Part shown: positions 19,986 through 25,649 of the stretch, in pieces | Numbering within the stretch: position 1 is the first letter of the stretch | Layout: each line of letters starts with the position of its first letter | Virus record (IMG/VR): IMGVR_UViG_3300047548_000197 | Reading direction: 5' to 3' (one strand) | DNA: 64,000 nt | Origin: an uncultured virus (IMG/VR IMGVR_UViG_3300047548_000197) | Lineage: Duplodnaviria > Heunggongvirae > Uroviricota > Caudoviricetes | Made by a program: the position numbers and the translations under genes | Notes under the pieces: generated by a model | Databases searched by the model: none | What the model was told of the DNA's origin: nothing | The model's input: only the letters and a program-made list of their open reading frames with translations

Positions 19986-20025
19986 AAAACCCTCGAAGAT
20001 GAAAGTCTCGAGGGTTTTTTGTTTT
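19986..20025 (+). terminator. Intrinsic terminator competing with an antiterminator
   Basis: AAAACCCTCGA...TCGAGGGTTTT followed by a T-run. Confidence 0.8.
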
Positions 20026-20031
20026 AGGGTG

Positions 20032-20297
20032 TTGACTTTTATCACAACTGTGGTATAATACAATGCTCTGTTACTGATGACAGTTTTGCGAATCCCCTTC
20101 AATGTTGAGGGTCTTTCAAGAAAGTTGTTGACAGTAACGCTGACATGATGTAGAATTATGTCTTAGTTGGTTGAGATGATCGTATCTTAGCCAAGACCTT
20201 ACGGTTAGTGAGGTTATTAAAAACGGTATTGACTATAAATCGTAAATGATGTATAATCAATACCTTGCTGCGACAGCGGCATGGTTCTTTAAAAATT
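20032..20297 (+). promoter_or_regulatory. Three tandem sigma70 promoters and a boxA-like site heading the tRNA array
   Basis: TTGACT/TATAAT 20032-20059, TTGACA/TAGAAT 20128-20156, TTGACT/TATAAT 20229-20257, GGTTCTTTAAAAA 20283-20295. Confidence 0.75.
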
Positions 20298-20315
20298 CGG
20301 GACTTTGTTTTAAAA

Positions 20316-20393
20316 CGACTTAGGTTTGAAAGTCGGGGTAAGTGACTCGGTGTAAACTGATATCGACCTCCCTGTTAGTATTGCCTAAGTCGT
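20316..20393 (+). ncRNA. Putative stem-closed ncRNA
   Basis: ACGACTTAGG/CCTAAGTCGT terminal stem; internal motif shared with 24417-24640. Confidence 0.5.
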
Positions 20394-20398
20394 CTTGT

Positions 20399-20472
20399 TC
20401 CTCCATGGTGTAATGGTAACACAACGGGCTTTGAACTCGTTATCGTTGGTTCGATTCCAACTGGGGGTGCCA
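20399..20472 (+). tRNA. tRNA-Gln(TTG)
   Basis: Cloverleaf, loop CTTTGAA, CCA. Confidence 0.85.
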
Positions 20473-20573
20473 AACAAAAACATACTAACCAGTATCGTAG
20501 CAGTACTGCTAGGCTACAGGATTTTCGTGGGTTCGATCCCCACAACTAGGTTCGTTAGTATGTTTTTGTTTGG
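20470..20573 (+). ncRNA. Putative ncRNA: 20-bp stem enclosing a T-arm
   Basis: CCAAACAAAAACATACTAAC/GTTAGTATGTTTTTGTTTGG; internal GTGGGTTCGATCCCCAC. Confidence 0.55.
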
Positions 20574-20595
20574 TAATCGTTCACAAGGAGAAGTT

Positions 20596-20727
20596 ATGAA
20601 ACGAAAACAAATCGTGCGCGAACGTAACTGCTTCGTTCGATTAGCACTATTCCGTAAAGCAGGTGTACATCGTAAGTCTAACAAGGCTCTGCGTCGTGCA
20701 CAAAAACAATCACCATTGGGTTTGTAG
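20596..20727 (+). CDS. Small basic protein whose stop codon lies inside tRNA-Lys
   Basis: AAGGAG RBS; MKRKQIVRERNCFVRLALFRKAGVHRKSNKALRRAQKQSPLGL. Confidence 0.7.
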   Translation: MKRKQIVRERNCFVRLALFRKAGVHRKSNKALRRAQKQSPLGL

Positions 20728-20794
20728 TTTAACGGCAAAAACATCTGGCTTTTAACCAGTAAGACTCTCGGTTCGAATCCGAGCAGACCCACCA
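20718..20794 (+). tRNA. tRNA-Lys(TTT)
   Basis: Cloverleaf, loop CTTTTAA, CCA. Confidence 0.85.
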
Positions 20795-20806
20795 AAAGTT
20801 CTTAGG

Positions 20807-20880
20807 GGTGGGCATAGTGTAGTGGCAGCACCCGACTCTGTGAAAGTCGTAGTATGGGATCGTTACCCATTGTTCACCCC
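20807..20880 (+). tRNA. tRNA-His(GTG), complete CCA not encoded
   Basis: Loop CTGTGAA, G-1 and C73; flanks extend the acceptor stem. Confidence 0.8.
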
Positions 20881-20895
20881 TAAGAATTTTTTAGT

Positions 20896-20971
20896 GCCCT
20901 CGTAGCTCCAATGGTAGAGCAGAGGATTGAAAATCCTTGTGTTGCTGGTTCGAATCCAGCCGTGGGCACCA
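20896..20971 (+). tRNA. tRNA-Phe(GAA)
   Basis: Cloverleaf, loop TTGAAAA, CCA. Confidence 0.92.
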
Positions 20972-20979
20972 CAAATTAT

Positions 20980-21053
20980 TCCTTCGTAGCTCAAAGGTAG
21001 AGCAATCGGCTGATAACCGATAGACAGAGGATCGTTACCTCTCGAAGGAACCA
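20980..21053 (+). tRNA. tRNA-Ile(GAT)
   Basis: Loop CTGATAA, CCA. Confidence 0.88.
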
Positions 21054-21058
21054 AACAT

Positions 21059-21151
21059 GGAGACGTTAGCCGAATCGGCATAGCGGCAGCTGCCTTGAAA
21101 GCAGAAGGCTCAGAAATGGGTGTGTGAGTTCGAGTCTCACCGTCTCCGCCA
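21059..21151 (+). tRNA. tRNA-Ser(TGA)
   Basis: Loop CTTGAAA, long variable arm, G73, CCA. Confidence 0.88.
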
Positions 21152-21156
21152 AGTTT

Positions 21157-21230
21157 GCCCTATTAGTATACTGGTATTATTCCTGTCTTGTAATCAGGAG
21201 AAGGCAGTTCGATTCTGTCATGGGGCACCA
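21157..21230 (+). tRNA. tRNA-Thr(TGT)
   Basis: Loop CTTGTAA, CCA. Confidence 0.85.
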
Positions 21231-21235
21231 GTTTT

Positions 21236-21299
21236 AGGATTCTTTCAGCAAAATACAAAATTTCAAACTTATATCTTGAAAAGAAAGCGAATCCTGTTG
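21236..21299 (+). ncRNA. CAGCA-stem RNA copy 1
   Basis: AGGATTC-tttCAGCAA...GAATCCT-GTTG. Confidence 0.65.
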
Positions 21300-21306
21300 A
21301 TTTTAT

Positions 21307-21381
21307 ATCGCGTTCGACTTCAGGTGAGGTCATCAGCCTTTCAAGCTGACTAGACGGGATCGTTACCCGTACGCGATACCA
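21307..21381 (+). tRNA. tRNA-Glu(TTC)
   Basis: Loop CTTTCAA, CCA. Confidence 0.85.
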
Positions 21382-21386
21382 ATTAT

Positions 21387-21462
21387 GAGTCGGTAGTTCC
21401 AATGGCAGAACGACGGTCTCCAAAACCGTATGTTGGGGGTTCGAATCCCTCTCGGCTCGCCA
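21387..21462 (+). tRNA. tRNA-Trp(CCA)
   Basis: Loop CTCCAAA, CCA. Confidence 0.9.
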
Positions 21463-21469
21463 ATTTTAT

Positions 21470-21548
21470 TCCGTAGAATCCAAGCAAGGTGCAAGGACTT
21501 GACTGTTAATCAATGATTAGACTGGTTCGATCCCAGTGTACGGAGCCA
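21470..21548 (+). tRNA. tRNA-Asn(GTT), atypical D-arm
   Basis: Loop CTGTTAA, CCA. Confidence 0.75.
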
Positions 21549-21633
21549 AGGGCAAATAGAGATCTTGTTTTGATGCATGGTCTCTCAATGTTTGTTAGTT
21601 TCAATGGGTGGTATAGAAACTGACACTAATTTT

Positions 21634-21708
21634 GGGCTGATAGTGATAATGGGAGCACAGGGGCTTTGCAAGCCTTTAGTCGGGGTTCGATCCCCCGTCG
21701 GTCCACCA
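21634..21708 (+). tRNA. tRNA-Ala(TGC)
   Basis: Loop TTTGCAA, G3:U70, A73, CCA. Confidence 0.88.
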
Positions 21709-21715
21709 AGATTTC

Positions 21716-21789
21716 CTCCGATTAGTGAAATGGTATCACCCGTGCTTTGGGAGCATGTAGCGCAAGTTCGATTCTTGCATCGGAGACCA
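21716..21789 (+). tRNA. tRNA-Pro(TGG)
   Basis: Loop TTTGGGA, CCA. Confidence 0.88.
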
Positions 21790-21794
21790 GTTTT

Positions 21795-21864
21795 AGAGTA
21801 GGTTCAGCAACACATTAGAACACCAAACCGTTAATTTGTCATGTTCGACATAACTACTCTGTTG
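21795..21864 (+). ncRNA. CAGCA-stem RNA copy 2
   Basis: AGAGTAG-gttCAGCAA...CTACTCT-GTTG. Confidence 0.65.
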
Positions 21865-21870
21865 TATTAT

Positions 21871-21945
21871 GGGGGCAGCACAGGGGTGCGGCGGATCCTT
21901 GCAAGATTCGTGTCTAGTAGGGTTCGATACCCTCGGCTTCCACCA
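21871..21945 (+). tRNA. Atypical tRNA-Ala(TGC) with reduced D-arm
   Basis: Loop CTTGCAA, G3:U70, T-arm, ACCA. Confidence 0.65.
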
Positions 21946-21951
21946 ATTTCT

Positions 21952-22027
21952 ACCGTAGAGTTCACCTGATGGTGATAACCGACTGTCTATCGGATTGTGG
22001 CGGGTTTGATTCCCGTCTACGGTGCCA
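21952..22027 (+). tRNA. tRNA-Asp(GTC), atypical
   Basis: Loop CTGTCTA, G73, CCA. Confidence 0.75.
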
Positions 22028-22033
22028 TGTTTT

Positions 22034-22095
22034 AGGAAAGGTTCAGCAAACCAAAAGCTAACTTTGGATGTCTAGCGACAAAAACTTTCCTGTTG
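22034..22095 (+). ncRNA. CAGCA-stem RNA copy 3
   Basis: AGGAAAG-gttCAGCAA...CTTTCCT-GTTG. Confidence 0.65.
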
Positions 22096-22100
22096 TATTT

Positions 22101-22175
22101 GGGTTGTAAACTTTGATGATGAAGCCTCGGCTCTTAACCGATGAGAAGACAGTTTGAGTCTGTCACGACCCACCA
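22101..22175 (+). tRNA. tRNA-Lys(CTT)
   Basis: Loop CTCTTAA, CCA. Confidence 0.8.
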
Positions 22176-22220
22176 AACCTCGCCTTAACTGATGGCGTAT
22201 AATGAGATAAGTAATCAGTT

Positions 22221-22279
22221 ATTTTTCTGAAGCACAGCGCCGAGCAGTCAAGTTAATGAGTGCTGTGCTTCAGAAAAAT
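22221..22279. repeat. 20-bp inverted repeat hairpin
   Basis: ATTTTTCTGAAGCACAGCGC / GTGCTGTGCTTCAGAAAAAT. Confidence 0.8.
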
Positions 22280-22408
22280 GGGGACATGATGTAATGGTAG
22301 CATAGCATAGCAAAAAGTCAATCCTGTCTGTAGGATTGTTTCCGCAACACTAACGCTCTAACTCTGTGAAAGTTCTTGTACGTGGTTCGAATCCCGTTGT
22401 CCCCACCA
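22280..22408 (+). ncRNA. tRNA-His(GTG)-like RNA with an ~55-nt insertion between D and anticodon arms
   Basis: GGGGACA/TGTCCCC-ACCA acceptor, D-arm, AACT-CTGTGAA-AGTT, T-loop; insert carries a permuted CAGCA-type stem. Confidence 0.65.
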
Positions 22409-22415
22409 GTTTTAT

Positions 22416-22490
22416 GCCTTGTTAACTCAGCGGTAGAGTAGCTCCCTTACAAGGAGACGGTCGGCGGTTCAATCCCGTCACAAGGTACCA
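22416..22490 (+). tRNA. tRNA-Val(TAC)
   Basis: Loop CTTACAA, CCA. Confidence 0.9.
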
Positions 22491-22495
22491 ATTAT

Positions 22496-22569
22496 GCGTG
22501 TGTAGTTTAATGGTAAAATCAGACGTTGCCAACGTTTAGTTGAGAGTTCGATTCTCTCCACCCGCACCA
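22496..22569 (+). tRNA. tRNA-Gly(GCC)
   Basis: Loop TTGCCAA, CCA. Confidence 0.85.
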
Positions 22570-22575
22570 AGTTCT

Positions 22576-22679
22576 AGGTTAGTTACAGCAAAAATTAATG
22601 CACTGTCAATGGTTGACAAATTGCCTTCTAAGCAATCGTTTGTGGGTTCAAATCCCACTGCAAAACCCCTAACCTGTTG
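22576..22679 (+). ncRNA. CAGCA-stem RNA copy 4, enclosing a tRNA-Arg(TCT)-like core
   Basis: AGGTTAG-ttaCAGCAA...CTAACCT-GTTG with internal D, anticodon and T arms. Confidence 0.7.
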
Positions 22680-22684
22680 TTTTT

Positions 22685-22761
22685 GTCCCTTTAGCATAAC
22701 TGGAGAATGTACCATCCTACGAAGTTGGGCGATGCAGGTTCGAATCCTGTGGGGGACGCCA
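22685..22761 (+). tRNA. tRNA-Arg(ACG)
   Basis: Loop CTACGAA, CCA. Confidence 0.88.
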
Positions 22762-22767
22762 AGTTTT

Positions 22768-22872
22768 AGGCTACTTTCAGCAAACCAAAATTCATAGGTT
22801 CGATTCCTATATTATCCACCAGCCGAAAGGCACTTCGGATGATCGCCATTGGGGCATCAAGGTAGCCTGTTG
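22768..22872 (+). ncRNA. CAGCA-stem RNA copy 5 with internal T-arm
   Basis: AGGCTAC-tttCAGCAA...GTAGCCT-GTTG; ATAGG-TTCGATT-CCTAT. Confidence 0.65.
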
Positions 22873-22877
22873 TTTAT

Positions 22878-22967
22878 GGAGATATGGTCGAGTCTGGTTT
22901 ATGGCACTTGTCTAGAAAACAAGCGGTGGGAAACTGCCCGTGGGTTCAAATCCTACTATCTCCGCCA
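22878..22967 (+). tRNA. tRNA-Ser(AGA)
   Basis: CTTGT-CTAGAAA-ACAAG, long variable arm, G73, CCA. Confidence 0.85.
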
Positions 22968-22988
22968 ATTTTATGAAAGAGGTGTATT

Positions 22989-23567
22989 ATGCCATCAGTA
23001 TTTTTAACAAGTGACACACACTTTGGTCACACTGGTGTGTGTAAGTTTACACGCGAAGACGGTGTTACTAAATTAAGACCTTGGGATTCTCCAGAAGAAA
23101 TGGACGAAGCCATGGTCAAGATGTGGAACGAAACTGTCAAGCCAAATGACAAAGTTTATCACTTGGGTGATGTTGTCATTAACCGCAAGGCATTAAAGAT
23201 CATGCACCGTTTAAACGGTGACAAGATTTTGATTAAAGGCAACCATGATATCTTTAGGTTGGAAGACTATACTCCGTTCTTCCGAGATATCCGTGGAAGC
23301 CATGTGATGAATGGATTGATCTTGACTCACATTCCTGTTCACCCACAACAATTGTATCGTTTTGGTTGTAACATTCATGGTCACTTGCACAGTAACCGTG
23401 TTATGTACCAAGACAAGCACATGGGTGAAATCATAGATCCAAGGTACTACTCTGTATGCGTTGAACAAACAGACTTCAGACCCATCTTGTTTGAGGACGT
23501 CTTGAAGAAAATTCAAGAACAGGGTGGTACCGTGGGTTTCAAGAATGGTAACGGTAAGATAGATTAA
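22989..23567 (+). CDS. Calcineurin-like metallophosphoesterase
   Basis: SDTHFGH, HLGD, GNHD, HGHLH. Confidence 0.92.
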   Translation: MPSVFLTSDTHFGHTGVCKFTREDGVTKLRPWDSPEEMDEAMVKMWNETVKPNDKVYHLGDVVINRKALKIMHRLNGDKILIKGNHDIFRLEDYTPFFRDIRGSHVMNGLILTHIPVHPQQLYRFGCNIHGHLHSNRVMYQDKHMGEIIDPRYYSVCVEQTDFRPILFEDVLKKIQEQGGTVGFKNGNGKID

Positions 23568-23568
23568 T

Positions 23569-23657
23569 GGAGAGTGGGCAGGATGGTAATGCAGCAGATT
23601 GCTAATCTGTCATCGTAGTGATACGGTGAGTGGGTTCGATTCCCACACTCTCCGCCA
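23569..23657 (+). tRNA. tRNA-Ser(GCT)
   Basis: Loop TTGCTAA, long variable arm, CCA. Confidence 0.9.
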
Positions 23658-23732
23658 GTTGTAATGCAGAGTCGCTCTCTGCCGCAGACGTAAGCGAAAT
23701 GCGTGACAGTCGAGGAGAGACCCGAGCCAAAT

Positions 23733-23826
23733 GCTCCCATAGTTTAATGGTAAAACACCTGATTTATACTCAGCATCGTCGCCAGATTAGCGAGCGTTGT
23801 AGGTTCGAATCCTACTGGGAGTACCA
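23733..23826 (+). tRNA. tRNA with TAT (Ile) anticodon and long variable arm
   Basis: CTGA-TTTATAC-TCAG, ~25-nt variable region, T-arm, ACCA. Confidence 0.7.
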
Positions 23827-23832
23827 GATTAC

Positions 23833-23909
23833 GCCGAAGTGATGGAATTGGTATACGTGCCTGTCTCAAAAGCAGGATTCTGTGGGTTCGAGTCCCACCT
23901 TCGGTACCA
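23833..23909 (+). tRNA. tRNA-Leu(CAA), short variable loop
   Basis: Loop CTCAAAA, CCA. Confidence 0.85.
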
Positions 23910-23950
23910 AATTTGACTTATCTGTACAGATAAGGTATAATAGTTGTAAT

Positions 23951-24034
23951 GCGAGTATGGTGGAATGGTATACGCAGCAGACTTAAAATCTGCCTCCTTC
24001 GGGATTGCGAGTTCGAGTCTCGCTACTCGCACCA
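23951..24034 (+). tRNA. tRNA-Leu(TAA)
   Basis: Loop CTTAAAA, variable arm, CCA; internal promoter at 23913-23941. Confidence 0.9.
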
Positions 24035-24041
24035 AGAATAT

Positions 24042-24117
24042 GTCGCTATGGTCTAATGGATAAGGCAACGGTCTTCTACACCGTACGATGGGAGTTCGAA
24101 TCTCTCTAGCGACGCCA
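24042..24117 (+). tRNA. tRNA-Arg(TCT)
   Basis: Loop CTTCTAC, CCA. Confidence 0.9.
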
Positions 24118-24121
24118 TTAT

Positions 24122-24198
24122 GCGCTTGTAGCTCAATGGTTAGAGCAGTGGACTCATAATCCATTGGTTACAGGTTCGAGTCCTGTCGGGCGCACCAG
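24122..24198 (+). tRNA. tRNA(CAT), probably Ile2 (lysidine type)
   Basis: GA-CTCATAA-TC anticodon arm and D-arm resemble bacterial tRNA-Ile2. Confidence 0.8.
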
Positions 24199-24203
24199 AT
24201 TAT

Positions 24204-24281
24204 GTACGAGTGGCAGAGTGGTCCAATGCAACGGATTGCAAATCCGTAAAGCCGTGAGTTCAAATCTCACCTCGTATTCCA
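24204..24281 (+). tRNA. tRNA-Cys(GCA)
   Basis: Loop TTGCAAA, U73, CCA. Confidence 0.9.
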
Positions 24282-24339
24282 GAAATGTGTTGACTTTTTA
24301 ATGAAGTTGATGTATAATAATGTTTAGTTAGTTGAAAAT

Positions 24340-24415
24340 GCACGATTCGTCTATCGGTTTAGGACACCAGCCTTTCACGTTGGTAAGACGGGTTCGATTC
24401 CCGTATCGTGTACCA
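24340..24415 (+). tRNA. tRNA-Glu(TTC), second copy
   Basis: Loop CTTTCAC, CCA; promoter at 24290-24318. Confidence 0.9.
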
Positions 24416-24416
24416 G

Positions 24417-24640
24417 TTTTTATACACATGACAATTTGTTGTCAGCAAGAGAAAGACACGCTAAGAAGATACTTCGAAGGTCAACTTAGTGTAAAAAGAA
24501 TGAGGGTTCGAATCCCTGCACCAGTGGCTGGCATTCTGTCGAGTATCCCAAGTGACGTACCGACCTCCCTGTGCACATAACCGATGGGTGAATGGTATCA
24601 ATAACGTGGTGATACATATAAGTTGTCAGTTGTATAAAAA
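24417..24640 (+). ncRNA. Putative ~220-nt structured ncRNA
   Basis: Long terminal stem TTTTTATACA..TGACAA / TTGTCA..TGTATAAAAA; internal T-loop hairpin AGGG-TTCGAAT-CCCT. Confidence 0.55.
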
Positions 24641-24645
24641 TTAAT

Positions 24646-24733
24646 GGAGGTATCGCATAGCGGTCGATTGCACGGGACTGTAAATCCTGCACCCTTCGGG
24701 GTCTCGGTGGTTCAAATCCATCTACCTCCACCA
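24646..24733 (+). tRNA. tRNA-Tyr(GTA)
   Basis: Loop CTGTAAA, variable arm, CCA. Confidence 0.92.
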
Positions 24734-24874
24734 GTTCGAGCGACGTCAGTTGCTTGTCAATCTTGACATAGGGTCAAGCGTGTTACATGTGCGGGTCAAC
24801 GCCAGTTGGTCTATTCGGTCACCACGCAGAGTGACGGCTAAAGTTCGTAATGCCACTTATTCTTAAGGTGTAAA

Positions 24875-24958
24875 ATGAGAAAATTAAAAAGATTTTGCAT
24901 TAGGTTACTAAGACTTAGAAGAAAGTATTTTTCTGGTTTTAGTACAGGTTTAAACTAA
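24875..24958 (+). CDS. Possible small basic peptide (27 aa)
   Basis: MRKLKRFCIRLLRLRRKYFSGFSTGLN with AAGGTG RBS. Confidence 0.35.
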   Translation: MRKLKRFCIRLLRLRRKYFSGFSTGLN

Positions 24959-24959
24959 T

Positions 24960-25035
24960 GCTCCGTTAGCTCAATTGGGAGAGCGCGACACTGTCACTGT
25001 CGAGGTAAGGGGATCGAAACCCCTACGGGGCGCCA
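24960..25035 (+). tRNA. tRNA-Asp(GTC)
   Basis: Loop CTGTCAC, CCA. Confidence 0.9.
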
Positions 25036-25042
25036 AGGTTAT

Positions 25043-25122
25043 TGCGGGATAGGGGAGTCTGGTCGTCCCCGCTAGTCTCATAAGCTAGAGATCGTGTGGT
25101 TCAAATCCCACTCCCGCAACCA
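25043..25122 (+). tRNA. tRNA-Met(CAT), initiator-like body
   Basis: Loop CTCATAA; acceptor and D-arm resemble fMet; lacks the three G-C anticodon-stem pairs. Confidence 0.8.
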
Positions 25123-25128
25123 TATTAT

Positions 25129-25203
25129 GGTGATATGACGTAGATGGATGCGTGCTGCCCTCATAAGGCATGAAGAGTGGATCGATACCACTTATCACCA
25201 CCA
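25129..25203 (+). tRNA. tRNA-Met(CAT)
   Basis: Loop CTCATAA, CCA. Confidence 0.8.
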
Positions 25204-25217
25204 ATAAATACAAATAT

Positions 25218-25294
25218 GCGGATGTGATGGAATTGGTATACGTGTTGGTCTTAGAAGCCAAATTTTGTGGGTTCGAGTCCCACCATCCGCACCA
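25218..25294 (+). tRNA. tRNA-Leu(TAG), short variable loop
   Basis: Loop CTTAGAA, CCA. Confidence 0.87.
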
Positions 25295-25300
25295 AATTAT

Positions 25301-25375
25301 TCCGAAGTAGCACAGCGGTAGTGCAGTTGACTGTTAATCAATTGGTCGTAGGTTCGATCCCTGCCTTCGGAGCCA
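25301..25375 (+). tRNA. tRNA-Asn(GTT)
   Basis: Loop CTGTTAA, CCA. Confidence 0.93.
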
Positions 25376-25382
25376 TTTTAAT

Positions 25383-25458
25383 GCCCTTTTAGCTCAGTTG
25401 GTAGAGCAGCACATTAGTAATGTGAAGGTCGCGTGTTCGAATCATGCAAGGGGCACCA
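25383..25458 (+). tRNA. tRNA-Thr(AGT)
   Basis: CACA-TTAGTAA-TGTG, GCC acceptor start, CCA. Confidence 0.87.
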
Positions 25459-25481
25459 TTATAGTTTAGTTGGAGAAAACC

Positions 25482-25649
25482 ATGAGTGATGGTGGTAAAG
25501 GTTCAAAGCCACGCCCATTTAGCGTGTCACAAGACGAGTATGATAATCGCTGGGATGCAATTTTTTCTAGAGATCTTCCAAAAGAAACTGAAGAAAAAGT
25601 TACTCGCTACAACGAAGAAACTCAAGAAGTTAAAAAGAATGATAACTGA
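25482..25649 (+). CDS. Small hypothetical protein (55 aa)
   Basis: GGAG RBS; MSDGGKGSKPRPFSVSQDEYDNRWDAIF... Confidence 0.65.
   Translation: MSDGGKGSKPRPFSVSQDEYDNRWDAIFSRDLPKETEEKVTRYNEETQEVKKNDN

Noticed and set aside
21634..21945. tRNA-Cys calls for the two TTGCAA-containing loops
   Set aside because: The register gives a TGC anticodon, and G3:U70 with A73 indicates Ala.
22878..22967. Amber suppressor reading (CTA) of the loop CTAGAAA
   Set aside because: With the 5-bp stem CTTGT/ACAAG, positions 34-36 are AGA; genes show no sign of stop-codon recoding.
23733..23826. Ochre suppressor (TTA) or intron-containing tRNA
   Set aside because: The 7-nt loop TTTATAC centres on TAT, and the extra sequence is in the variable region, not the anticodon loop.
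20395..24731. ORF-track calls overlapping the tRNA array (e.g. 20514-20795, 21120-21353, 22540-22797, 23829-24164)
   Set aside because: They are translations of tRNA sequence with no RBS; only the RBS-led 20596-20727 segment was kept.
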